Shown: piece after piece, positions 32,185-41,479 of the stretch
Layout of the letters: every line of letters starts with the position of its first letter
Position numbering within the stretch: position 1 is the first letter of the stretch
Origin: Nitrospirota bacterium
GTDB lineage: Bacteria > Nitrospirota > Thermodesulfovibrionia > Thermodesulfovibrionales > Dissulfurispiraceae
Reading direction: 5' to 3'
Assembly (NCBI GenBank): GCA_963710375.1
Contig: CAVPZX010000009.1
Coordinates: forward strand, 32,001-96,000
Length of the DNA stretch: 64,000 bases
Notes under the pieces: generated by a model
Seen by the model: only the letters and a program-made list of their open reading frames with translations
Databases searched by the model: none
Told to the model about the DNA's origin: nothing
Made by a program: the position numbers and the translations under genes

Positions 32185-32226
32185 AATCAAACTTTATCAT
32201 GTTCCTTTGAAAATCGTCAAAAGAAG

Positions 32227-32332
32227 AAAATGTGAATGGTGAATAGTGAATAGTGAAAGGTAAAAAATTTTTTTGTGTGTATTGTCTTGGGCCGCTCACC
32301 ACTCACCTTTCACCATTCACTATTCACATTTT
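32227..32332. repeat. Inverted tandem-heptamer hairpin element G (GTGAATA type)
   Basis: Left AAAAT GTGAATG GTGAATA GTGAATA GTGAAAG GT; right CTCACCA CTCACCT TTCACCA TTCACTA TTCACAT TTT. Confidence 0.85.
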
Positions 32333-32473
32333 GGAAGTGCTCCCCTTCTCCTGCCTTCCTTATAGACCCTCCACCTAATTTGTGATAGACCAGCAAAGCC
32401 TGCTACAATATTTAGGGTGGCAGGACAGGGCAACATCGTGGTTTATACCTCACACCAAAAAAGGAGATGCGAT

Positions 32474-32806
32474 ATGAGCGAGTATTACAAAAGCGGTGAC
32501 CTTGAGAGATTCTCGGAAATAGGCAAGCATAATCCTGAGCTCTTCGCGAAATTTATGGATTGGTATTCTTCATCACTCAAGCCGGGGTTGCTCTCGAAGA
32601 GAGAAAAAGTCCTTATCGGGCTTGCCGTGGCCCATGTGATACAATGCCCTTACTGCATTGATGCCTATACGCAGGAATGCCTGGGAGAGGGCTTGGACCT
32701 GGGACACATTACCGAGGCGGTGCATGTGGCCTCGGCAATAAGGGGCGGGGCCTCTCTCATCCATGGTATCCAGGCACATAATTCGGCTGAAAAGATATCG
32801 CTGTAA
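32474..32806 (+). CDS. CMD/AhpD-family protein (arsenosugar biosynthesis-associated peroxidase-like)
   Basis: AAGGAG RBS; LSKREK.LIGLAVAH.IQCPYCIDAY, EAVHVASAIRGGA; upstream of arsS. Confidence 0.85.
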   Translation: MSEYYKSGDLERFSEIGKHNPELFAKFMDWYSSSLKPGLLSKREKVLIGLAVAHVIQCPYCIDAYTQECLGEGLDLGHITEAVHVASAIRGGASLIHGIQAHNSAEKISL

Positions 32807-32817
32807 AAGAGGTTGTC

Positions 32818-33771
32818 GTGTCCGAATTCGATGAAAAGTTACTCTGTGCGCATTCAGGGCCGCTTAGGGCAGTCAGCATTGAGACTTTGCAGCTCAATCT
32901 AGGTTATAAATGTAACATGTCCTGCAAACACTGCCACTTAGATGCAGGCCCTTCAAGGACCGAGCTTATGGACGGAACCACCATCGATGATGCACTCACG
33001 GTCCTCCGTGACAACAATATCGATACTCTCGATCTGACCGGCGGAGCGCCCGAGCTCAACCCTCAGTTAAGAGACATTATCACTCGGACCAGCCGAATGG
33101 GCCGCCGCATTATCGTTAGGAGCAACCTTACCATATATTATGATCCGGGAATGGAAGATCTCCCTGACTTTTATAGCGAAAACAGGGTGGAGATTATAGC
33201 ATCACTTCCGCACTTTGCGGAAACGAACACCGACAGGGTCCGGGGAAAGGGAACATTCTCCAAAAGTATAGCTACACTCAAAAGACTCAACAGTCTCGGC
33301 TATGGCACAGTGCCGGAGAAAAAACTCCACCTCGTATATAATCCGATGGGCGCGTTTCTCCCCCCATCCCAGATCGAGCTGGAAACGTATTACAAAAAGG
33401 AGCTCCAAACATCGTTCGGCATTGTCTTTAACTGCCTATATACGTTTGCAAATATGCCTATCGGGCGTTTCAGGGAATTCCTCCTGAGATCAAATAATAT
33501 AAAACCCTATATGGAAAAGGTAAAAAGCGCCTTTAATCCTGATACCATCGGCAATCTTATGTGCAGTCGCCTGATTAACGTCGGGTGGGACGGCACCCTC
33601 TATGATTGCGATTTTAACCAGGCACTCGGGCTGCCAGTTGGTGAAGATTGCCCGCGCCACATAAGGGATTATGATAATGAAGTATTGTCGGGAAGAAAGA
33701 TAGTAATGGGCAATCACTGCTTTGTATGCAGCGCGGGCCAGGGCTCTACCTGAACAGGCGCAATCAAGTAG
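32818..33771 (+). CDS. arsS: ArsS-family radical SAM selenoprotein (UGA 33751-33753 read as Sec)
   Basis: CNMSCKHC, DLTGGAPELN, YDCDFNQ, HCFVCSAGQGST-UGA-TGAIK-TAG; the UGA occupies the C/U position of the family C-terminal GSS(C/U)GG motif. Confidence 0.85.
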
Positions 33772-33792
33772 CAGGCGGTCGCCTGCATTGAT
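33763..33792 (+). promoter_or_regulatory. SECIS-like hairpin for arsS
   Basis: Upper stem GCAGGC-GGUC-GCCUGC (33771-33786), lower stem AUCAA/UUGAU. Confidence 0.65.
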
Positions 33793-33800
33793 AATAAACC

Positions 33801-33892
33801 AGGCAAAAGGCTAAAGGCAAAGGGTAAAAGCAAATCCGGATTTATAAGTTTAGTCTTTCACCTTTAGACATTAGCCTTTTGCCTTTCGCCTT
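33801..33892. repeat. Inverted tandem-heptamer hairpin element H (AGGCAAA type)
   Basis: Left AGGCAAA AGGCTAA AGGCAAA GGGTAAA AGCAAA; right TTTAGTC TTTCACC TTTAGAC ATTAGCC TTTTGCC TTTCGCC TT. Confidence 0.8.
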
Positions 33893-34012
33893 CAATTTGA
33901 CTTATTGAACACTTGCATGTAAATTAAAATAGCATGAAACAACAATAGGTATTGGGGTTTAGAATTTTTACCTATGCCTATAACCTATAACATGTAATAT
34001 AAGGAGGAAAGC

Positions 34013-34423
34013 ATGAGCTTCTGGACAAAAGTAAAGAAAGATCTGCAGACTGGGGTTGATGAGGGCTTGGCCTTTGTGAAAGAGGGCGCAGCGGTCGTTA
34101 TGAGAAAAGCCGAATCGCTCACAGACGAAGGAAAGAAACGTTACATACTTTATGAGATGAAAGCCAAAGTGCAAAAGGAAATAGCGGATTTGGGCGGTAA
34201 GGTATACGACCTGAGCGCTAAAATGAAAAATCCCATGCTCGACACTAAAATAAAAGAGATCACCTCCCGCATCAAAAAGCTTGAGGCCGAGATACTTAAG
34301 ATCGAGGGAAAACAGGCGCAAGGGGCAAAAAAAACCGTTGTAAAGAAAACCGCTGCAAAAAAAACAGTGTCAAAAAAGACGCCGGTAAAGAAAGCTCCGG
34401 TCACTCAAGTCGCCCCTGAGTAA
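34013..34423 (+). CDS. Hypothetical coiled-coil protein with a Lys-rich pentapeptide-repeat tail
   Basis: Strong AAGGAGG RBS; tail KKTVV KKTAA KKTVS KKTPV KKAPV. Confidence 0.75.
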   Translation: MSFWTKVKKDLQTGVDEGLAFVKEGAAVVMRKAESLTDEGKKRYILYEMKAKVQKEIADLGGKVYDLSAKMKNPMLDTKIKEITSRIKKLEAEILKIEGKQAQGAKKTVVKKTAAKKTVSKKTPVKKAPVTQVAPE

Positions 34424-34452
34424 AGTATTCAGTGCCCGGGACTGATAGTTAA

Positions 34453-35070
34453 GTGGAAGCTTTGCTTGTAGATGCGAGAGGCCTGGGCTGTCCCAAGCCG
34501 TTGCTGCTGGCCGAGGATGCACTGTCGGGACTGGATGAGGGCATCATTGATGTATTGGTCGATAACGAGGCATCGCTAAAAAACCTCACCCGCTTTGCAA
34601 CGAAAAACGGGTTTTATTCTGAAGGGTCCAAAGAGGACGGCTACTGGAAAGTCAGAATCATTAAGGGGTACACTTGCGAAGTCCCTGCCGGACAGTCCGG
34701 ACCCTCACCCAGTACGGCCAATGAAGAACCTGAAAGGGATGTGCTGCTGATTATCGGTTCAGACACAATCGGTAAAGACGAGACGCTCGGGAAAATCCTG
34801 ATGAAGGGATTTTTTGAGACAATGAAAGCGACGAACGAGATTCCCCATACCATTTTTCTCCTCAATACCGCCGTCAAACTCACAACAACCAACGAAGAGA
34901 TGGTCATTATTTTGCAGGACCTTGAAAAAATGGGAGTAGAAATCTTTTCCTGCGGCACTTGCCTTAAACACTACGATCTCGAAAATGCTTTAAAGGTCGG
35001 ACACCGCGGCACAACAAATCATATCGTGGAAGGTATCAAAGATTTCAACAAAACCGTCTGGATAGGATAA
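34453..35070 (+). CDS. yedF: Selenium-metabolism sulfurtransferase-like protein (TusA + DsrE domains)
   Basis: DARGLGCPKP, VLVDN, LGKILMKGF, SCGTCL. Confidence 0.85.
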   Translation: MEALLVDARGLGCPKPLLLAEDALSGLDEGIIDVLVDNEASLKNLTRFATKNGFYSEGSKEDGYWKVRIIKGYTCEVPAGQSGPSPSTANEEPERDVLLIIGSDTIGKDETLGKILMKGFFETMKATNEIPHTIFLLNTAVKLTTTNEEMVIILQDLEKMGVEIFSCGTCLKHYDLENALKVGHRGTTNHIVEGIKDFNKTVWIG

Positions 35071-35090
35071 AACAATAAATTTCTATCGTG

Positions 35091-36497
35091 CTATTTTTTT
35101 TCTGCATCCTTCCGGAACTCTTCTGAAACAATCCCGTATTTTCTCATTATATGCTGGAGGGATTGCCGCTCCAGGCCTGCAGTCTGTGCAGCCAGCGAAA
35201 CATTCCCTTCGGTATGACGCAGCAGGCGCGTTATATATTCTTTGTTGAATACCGACAGGATATTCTTCCGGGCTTCCCTGTAGTCGAGTCCATATATTTC
35301 AGGATTGTCTCCGGTACAAGGAATTATCTGAAGACTCTTTCCGAAATCCTCCGGCGCAAGAAAGTCATTCTTCGAAAAAATCACCGCGCGCTGTATCTCA
35401 TTCTGGAGTTCGCGGGCATTGCCTTTCCACGGCCTGGAAACAAGGAGATGTATCGCGTCTTCAGTAAGCTTTTTCTGGTCTAATCCCATCTCCGCACAAA
35501 ATAAGGAAAGAAAGTGAAAGGCAATAAAGGGGATGTCCTCAGGGATTTCCCTTAGCGGCGGGGTATGAACAGAGACAACGTTCAGTCTATAATAAAGGTC
35601 TGATCTGAAAAGACCTGCTGCAATGTTGCCCTCCAGGTCCCGGTTCGTGGCCGCAATGACGCGTACATCAACCCGGTGGGTAGTGGTATCTCCCAGGGGT
35701 TTGAGTTCCCTTTCCTGCAGCACCCTCAGCAGTTTTGCCTGTAATGGGATAGATATGTCCCCGATCTCGTCGAGGAACAAGGTCCCTTCCTGGGCTGCCT
35801 GGAAAAGCCCTTCTCTGTCAGAGGTAGCGCCTGTAAAGGCGCCTTTGCGATATCCGAAAAGTTCGCTCTCCAGAATGTTTTCAGGAATGGCGGGACAGTT
35901 TACAGCAACAAAGGGTTTGCCGGCCCGGTTGCTGAGTTTGTGAATCATGCGGGCAGCCAGCTCTTTTCCGGTACCGGTCTCGCCTGTGATGAGCACTGTT
36001 ACGTCAGTTTTTGCCACTAACCCCAGGGTGTCGATAAGTTCTTTCATCCTGGGGGATTCTCCAACAAAAAAAGCCTCTTTTTCTTTCTCCAGGATTCTCC
36101 TTTCCAGATCCTGGTTTTTCTGGAGAAGGCTTTGATGTTCCAATGCCCGCCGCACAGTGTGCAGCAGCCGCTCCTCCTCGAAAGGCTTTGTAATAAAATC
36201 GTAGGCCCCTTCTTTCATCGCCTTCACGGCAGACTCGATGGCGCCATATGCGGTCATTATAATCACTGGCAGGAACGCATCCTTTTTCCTGATGTTCTGC
36301 AAAAGCTCAATACCGTCCATTCCAGGCATCTTCATATCGGCGAGGACACAGTTGATGGTGTCTTTATTAATAATGCGCAGGGCCGATTCCGCGCTGTCAG
36401 AGCCGCAGGTCTTCAGATGCAGTTCACTTCCGATGAGCCTTTCGAGAAAATGGATCATATCAGGGTTGTCGTCTACAATCAGAATGGTTTGTTTCAT
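35091..36497 (-). CDS. Sigma-54-dependent response regulator (NtrC family)
   Basis: Receiver domain, GETGTGKE, ESELFG, GAFTGA, C-terminal HTH. Confidence 0.93.
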   Translation of the reverse strand: MKQTILIVDDNPDMIHFLERLIGSELHLKTCGSDSAESALRIINKDTINCVLADMKMPGMDGIELLQNIRKKDAFLPVIIMTAYGAIESAVKAMKEGAYDFITKPFEEERLLHTVRRALEHQSLLQKNQDLERRILEKEKEAFFVGESPRMKELIDTLGLVAKTDVTVLITGETGTGKELAARMIHKLSNRAGKPFVAVNCPAIPENILESELFGYRKGAFTGATSDREGLFQAAQEGTLFLDEIGDISIPLQAKLLRVLQERELKPLGDTTTHRVDVRVIAATNRDLEGNIAAGLFRSDLYYRLNVVSVHTPPLREIPEDIPFIAFHFLSLFCAEMGLDQKKLTEDAIHLLVSRPWKGNARELQNEIQRAVIFSKNDFLAPEDFGKSLQIIPCTGDNPEIYGLDYREARKNILSVFNKEYITRLLRHTEGNVSLAAQTAGLERQSLQHIMRKYGIVSEEFRKDAEKK

Positions 36498-38104
36498 GCC
36501 TTGTCTCTTTCAACGGGGAACCAGATAGTGAAAGAAGCGCCTGAGCCTTCTTCACTTTGCACCGAAATCTCCCCTTTGTGTTCCTTCACAATGCCATAGC
36601 TCACCGCAAGCCCAAGGCCTGTGCCCTGTCCGGGCGGTTTTGTTGTGAAAAATGGCTCAAATATCTTGTCCCTGATCTTTTTAGGGATGCCGCTGCCTGT
36701 ATCTGAAAAAATAATACGTATACCGTTGCCCTCTCTGTCGTACTCGGTCCTGATAGTAATGTGGCCCCCTGCTTTCATGGCCTGAAAGGAGTTGATCAGG
36801 AGATTATTAAAGACCAGTTTCATCTTGTCCTCATCAGCCGACAGAGGGGGCAGGAAAGGATCATAGTGGCGGATTATGCTTACCCTGCCTTGTCGGAACG
36901 TTTCCTCCAGTGAAGCCGCCGCCAGCTCCACAGATATATTCATATCAGTAGGTATATGGTTGGCCTCGGTCTGGCGGGAGAAGTTCAGGAGGTCTTCAAC
37001 GATCTTCTTGCATAGCAGGGCGTTGTTATAGATAATATCCATATCTGCCTTGGATTGCTCATGATCACTGCACTCTTTGCGCAGCAGCTTCGTGTATCCG
37101 AGTATCAGGCTAAGGGGATTGTTTATCTCATGCGCCACGCCTGCGGCCAGTTGTCCGATAGATGCGAGTTTGTCGGCCTGCCGTACCCGCTCCTCCATCT
37201 CCTTCTTTTCCTCTTCGGATATTTTCAGGTATCCCATCATGCGGTTAAAGGATTCAGCAAGGTCTGAAACTTCACCATAATCCCGTGCGTCCAGATGTAT
37301 GTCCAGATCCCGGCGTCTGTTCACCACGTCCTTGAAAAAGGAACTCACTCTTCTCAGGGGCATCACCGCTATCCGGTAATGGAAATAATTAAGAACGCCA
37401 AATAGAGCTACCATGCCGCCCACCCCACAGAGGAAAAGGTAAAGGGCTACATGCCTCAATTGCCTAAAAGTGGCGCTGACCGGAGCCGCGATCGACTCAA
37501 GGCCGACTACCTCACCCACTTTCCAGTAATATCCGTTCACTTTTCCATAGTGGCGGGTAATGGACTCTGGTGCAGAAGCGGGAGATCCGTGGCAAAGCAG
37601 GCACTGGTCCTCCATAACAATCGCCTTTAAATGAAGAAAGTAATCTTCTCCGTTCCTGGTGACCAGACCCTTCCATTGCCTCTTCGAAGCAGGTTCATTA
37701 CTGAACTGCCTGATAAAGCCCTCTTCAAATGCGTCAGCCTTGTCTGCCGGATTCCTTGGATGAAGTGCAACCCTTTTGTAAATGTATCGGGGAAACCTCT
37801 GTTTGAACCTCTTCATTATTCCCATGTTCATAAAGGTACTGGACATGACCTGCTGGATGAAAATGTTCCCGGGCAAAACATGGAATATCTGGGGTCGAAG
37901 TTCATCCCGGGCATACTCCATAGTAGCATCAATATGCCCCAGCACAATATCCGTCTTCTCATAGGCTTCCTGGATGTACATTTTTTTCAAATACGAATAG
38001 GTCAGTAGGGAAACAACAGCGATAACACACAACAGGATGATGCCTAATCCAAACATGAACTTTGCTGTAAGCGATGATCCGCCCTGCTTTATCATACTGC
38101 CCAA
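36494..38104 (-). CDS. Sensor histidine kinase with periplasmic c-type heme (DUF3365-like) domain
   Basis: Two TM segments flanking PRNP...CLLCH; HAMP; AHEINNPL; GTGLGL. Confidence 0.88.
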   Translation of the reverse strand: MGSMIKQGGSSLTAKFMFGLGIILLCVIAVVSLLTYSYLKKMYIQEAYEKTDIVLGHIDATMEYARDELRPQIFHVLPGNIFIQQVMSSTFMNMGIMKRFKQRFPRYIYKRVALHPRNPADKADAFEEGFIRQFSNEPASKRQWKGLVTRNGEDYFLHLKAIVMEDQCLLCHGSPASAPESITRHYGKVNGYYWKVGEVVGLESIAAPVSATFRQLRHVALYLFLCGVGGMVALFGVLNYFHYRIAVMPLRRVSSFFKDVVNRRRDLDIHLDARDYGEVSDLAESFNRMMGYLKISEEEKKEMEERVRQADKLASIGQLAAGVAHEINNPLSLILGYTKLLRKECSDHEQSKADMDIIYNNALLCKKIVEDLLNFSRQTEANHIPTDMNISVELAAASLEETFRQGRVSIIRHYDPFLPPLSADEDKMKLVFNNLLINSFQAMKAGGHITIRTEYDREGNGIRIIFSDTGSGIPKKIRDKIFEPFFTTKPPGQGTGLGLAVSYGIVKEHKGEISVQSEEGSGASFTIWFPVERDKA

Positions 38105-38152
38105 ACTTGTCCCCGGTGCCTGCTGCGCTTTTATTATCTTTTATTATAATCT

Positions 38153-38181
38153 AAAACAAAGAGGGCTGTCACAGCAGCCCT
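38153..38181 (-). terminator. Intrinsic terminator after the ClC gene
   Basis: Minus strand AGGGCTG-ctgtga-CAGCCCT followed by CTTTGTTTT. Confidence 0.55.
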
Positions 38182-38258
38182 GTTCATAGGACAATGATTC
38201 GGCTGGATCAGAGGGAGAAGGCAATGGTGAGGGGATTTAGTAATTTATGGAAAAACAT

Positions 38259-39878
38259 CTAATTGACGGTAACGGATTTCTCTTCACCGGCCAGTTCCTC
38301 TAAACAGGAGTGCACACGGGGAAGCACCGCAGTCCCGGACATCACGATCAAATAATCCCCGGGATAAATAGTGGTATCCGGCGCCGGGATCAATTCTGAG
38401 TCCCCACGTCTGATACCCACCAAAAGACTGTTCTCCGGCCAATCAATATCACATGCTTTTCTGTCACAAACCGGCGCCCCCAGGCTGACCACTTTTTCTA
38501 AGATATGCTTTTCCTCGTCATGTTCCTGAGGGCTCGGCTTCTTGGCCGGTCTTCGTTTAGCCAAAATACGATTTAACAAAACATCATAAATAGGTTTGCC
38601 TTTCAACACATCACTGGCAATATAGGCGGACATGCAAACAGTAACTAAAGCTAATAGCTGCTCCATGTTGCCGGTCATTTCCATAATTAAGATGCTGCCT
38701 GTAATGGGCGCCTTGACAATGGCGCTAAAGTATGCGGCCATGGCCAGGATGATGAAGTTGTTAACATAAATGGGGTCAACATGAAGATACTGGGCCACAA
38801 TGCTGCCGTACAAATTGCCGCTTAAAGCGCCTATGGTTAAAAGCGGCATAAAAATACCGCCCGGCACGCCCGTACCATAGCTCAGCATGGTAAATAAAAA
38901 TTTACCCACAAGAATAACCAGCAGTAGGGTTAGAGCATAATTCATTTGAGGTAACGAATTAATTAACCTGGCGCCGCCACCCAGCACCTGTGGCAGGACA
39001 AACCCGAGGAATCCGGCCGCTACCAAAGGGACGGCCGGCTTTAATTGGGACGGCACGCGTAGTTTCTCGTAAAAAACCTGAAATTTAACCAGGCTCGAAT
39101 TGAACAATACCCCAAAAACTCCGACAAAAAGACCCAAGACCACAACATACAGGTAATACTGAAATGGCAGCAGCGGAATATTATGAAAATCAAACACCGG
39201 ACCCTGCCCGAAAACATAGCGGGTGACAAAATCCGCCGTAACCGAGGCAGCCACAGCAGAGGCCAGCACCACCGGGGAAAAGTTTTTATGCAGTTCCTCC
39301 AGGGCAAACACTACCCCGGCCAGGGGTGCGTTAAAGGCTGCGGACAGCCCTGCACTGGCTCCGCTGGTTAATAAATACTTTTCCTCCATGCTGCTGCGTC
39401 TCAAAAGCCGGCTGATCCCCTGACCCGCCGCCGCCCCCAATTGCACCGAAGGACCTTCCCGACCTAAGGAAAGGCCCGCCCCAATTCCCAATAAACCACC
39501 GACAAACTTTACTCCGATTACTTTAAGCCAGTTCATTCTCAAATGTCCTGCCAGAATGCCCTTCACCTGCGGGATGCCGCTGCCGGTTGACATAGGTACC
39601 ATCTTAATCAGCCAGGACAAAATCAGGCCAATACCAATGAGGGAAACAAAGAATAATGCGGTCCAGCCAAAAGCACTTGACCCCAAAAAAGCAACCAGCT
39701 TAGGCCTTGCCGTACTAGTCCAGGCCAGCATAAGTCTAAAACAAACCACGACCACACCGGCAAAAGCGCCGGTTAAAATACCTTCAAAGAAAAGCTTCAG
39801 GCGGAAATCATGCCAGTGCTCCAGTAAGTTTTTTATATAGCCGTTAGGTGCTGCCATATCCCTTCTCTTCGCTAACAT
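38259..39878 (-). CDS. ClC-family H+/Cl- antiporter with C-terminal TrkA-C domain
   Basis: GSGIP, GREGP, GGIFMP signature motifs; C-terminal VGIRRG...GD. Confidence 0.92.
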   Translation of the reverse strand: MLAKRRDMAAPNGYIKNLLEHWHDFRLKLFFEGILTGAFAGVVVVCFRLMLAWTSTARPKLVAFLGSSAFGWTALFFVSLIGIGLILSWLIKMVPMSTGSGIPQVKGILAGHLRMNWLKVIGVKFVGGLLGIGAGLSLGREGPSVQLGAAAGQGISRLLRRSSMEEKYLLTSGASAGLSAAFNAPLAGVVFALEELHKNFSPVVLASAVAASVTADFVTRYVFGQGPVFDFHNIPLLPFQYYLYVVVLGLFVGVFGVLFNSSLVKFQVFYEKLRVPSQLKPAVPLVAAGFLGFVLPQVLGGGARLINSLPQMNYALTLLLVILVGKFLFTMLSYGTGVPGGIFMPLLTIGALSGNLYGSIVAQYLHVDPIYVNNFIILAMAAYFSAIVKAPITGSILIMEMTGNMEQLLALVTVCMSAYIASDVLKGKPIYDVLLNRILAKRRPAKKPSPQEHDEEKHILEKVVSLGAPVCDRKACDIDWPENSLLVGIRRGDSELIPAPDTTIYPGDYLIVMSGTAVLPRVHSCLEELAGEEKSVTVN

Positions 39879-39904
39879 TATTCAAATTAGCTCTTGAGGA
39901 ATTA

Positions 39905-40828
39905 CTAAACAACACTTATGGCTGTGCGGACCGCCAGCATCAGGATCATCACGGCAAAGCCCTTGCGTAAAATAGTTGTGGGCATCCGGTGGCTGGTATA
40001 AGCCCCCAGCAAACTGCCAGGCAGTATGCCAAGTAATAGAGGTATGCCTAACATCCAGGGGACAGAGGAAGCATGCTCCAGCCGGCCTATTAAGCTAAAA
40101 AAGCCCGCCAGCATCACCAGGGCAAGACCGGTAGTGATGGCCGGCCTGGTAGGAATTTTAAGAAAACGGATCATAAAGGGCACAAGTATAGTACCTCCCC
40201 CTATGCCCACGATGCCTGCCAGAAAACCTCCTGTCAAACAACCGATAACTGTTTTAGTTATCGAATATTCAGGGATATCTTCATGCTCAACCTTCAAGGG
40301 CCAAATCATTAAAGTACCGATAAGGAACAACAGGCTGACGAATGTTGTTAAAATCACATTATGCGGCAGATAGAATTGCACTATCCCTCCTGACAGCGCC
40401 CCAATGGATGCAGAACTGCCGGTTATGATCACAAGCCGCTTTTCTACCTTCCCGTGCCGGCCATGGGCCCAAAAACCCACGGTCCCCGCCACAAAGACGA
40501 AAAGAGTGCAAAGGGCGCTTATTTGATGTATCCCGAGATTCAAATGTACGCCATTTTGAAAATACAAAATGATGGGAATAATGAATATGGCGCCCCCTAT
40601 TCCCAAGAGACTGGATAAAAATGAGCCGCTTAAGCTGCAGCCAAGTAAAAACAGCCAACCTGCCGCCATCGAAATTCCCAACGTATTTTTGAGATTCAGC
40701 ATGGCTGCGTTGACAACGCTTACGTTCAACACCAACATTGTGACTCCAAGCAGAACAGTGGAAAGAATCACCCACTTCCATCTGGGATGCGAGAAAAAAC
40801 GCGAATTAGAAAATTGTAACCTGCCCAT
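39905..40828 (-). CDS. TauE/SafE sulfite-exporter family protein with an MFS-like N-terminal extension
   Basis: Duplicated GIGG motifs (LLGIGGA, GIVGIGGG); hydrophobic throughout. Confidence 0.8.
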   Translation of the reverse strand: MGRLQFSNSRFFSHPRWKWVILSTVLLGVTMLVLNVSVVNAAMLNLKNTLGISMAAGWLFLLGCSLSGSFLSSLLGIGGAIFIIPIILYFQNGVHLNLGIHQISALCTLFVFVAGTVGFWAHGRHGKVEKRLVIITGSSASIGALSGGIVQFYLPHNVILTTFVSLLFLIGTLMIWPLKVEHEDIPEYSITKTVIGCLTGGFLAGIVGIGGGTILVPFMIRFLKIPTRPAITTGLALVMLAGFFSLIGRLEHASSVPWMLGIPLLLGILPGSLLGAYTSHRMPTTILRKGFAVMILMLAVRTAISVV

Positions 40829-40885
40829 TTCCGAATAACTCCCTGTTAAAAATTTAATTTTAGGAATCTAAAAGATCCTTTTTGA

Positions 40886-41197
40886 CTAATTAATCATGTA
40901 TAGCAGGTTCAAGGCCCAGTCATTCGAATCGGTCCCGTGCTCAGTGACAGTACCGTCTTTGACGGCAGGCTTTTTGGCATCTGAGGCGCTTTGTCCTTGC
41001 CCCGTCAACCCATGGCTTGAATCCGCGGGCAAGCTTTGCACTGTCTCCGGAGGAATAAAGCTCGCACTGCTTAACTGGGAAAAGGCAAACATACCCGTGA
41101 CCCCTGTGGCTCCAAGCAGAACAGTGACAAGGATAAACCACTTCCAGCCTGGATGCGACGAAAGTTTTGTCAGCAGATTTTTAATGATGCCGTGCAT
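40886..41197 (-). CDS. Small membrane-anchored hypothetical protein
   Basis: GAGG RBS, one hydrophobic segment, first gene after a sigma-54 promoter. Confidence 0.6.
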   Translation of the reverse strand: MHGIIKNLLTKLSSHPGWKWFILVTVLLGATGVTGMFAFSQLSSASFIPPETVQSLPADSSHGLTGQGQSASDAKKPAVKDGTVTEHGTDSNDWALNLLYMIN

Positions 41198-41236
41198 GCT
41201 TGATTCACCTCATTAGGAGTATTTGTTCGAGGTTAA

Positions 41237-41252
41237 AGCAAGTATAGTGCCA
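41237..41252 (-). promoter_or_regulatory. Sigma-54 (-24/-12) promoter
   Basis: Minus strand TGGCAC-TATAC-TTGCT, matching the consensus. Confidence 0.8.
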
Positions 41253-41479
41253 TTTTATTCGCTGTTAATAAGCGCTTGATAAATAGCATTAAACGAATTG
41301 GCAAAAGATATATTCGGTGGTTTGAAGGCAAAAAAAATATTGCAGTGCATCATTTTTTTTGCAGAGCGCGCATAGATCTCCAGCAGAAAAATATGATGCT
41401 ATTTCTCGAACTAGATGCAGAATTATGAAGTGTGGAAGGGCAGGTGATAATAACCTGCCCTTCATTGACATGCAGTTAT

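Noticed and set aside
16596..33995. Short repeat clusters as CRISPR arrays
   Set aside because: Units are 6-7 bp, tandem and inverted, with no repeat-spacer periodicity and no cas genes.
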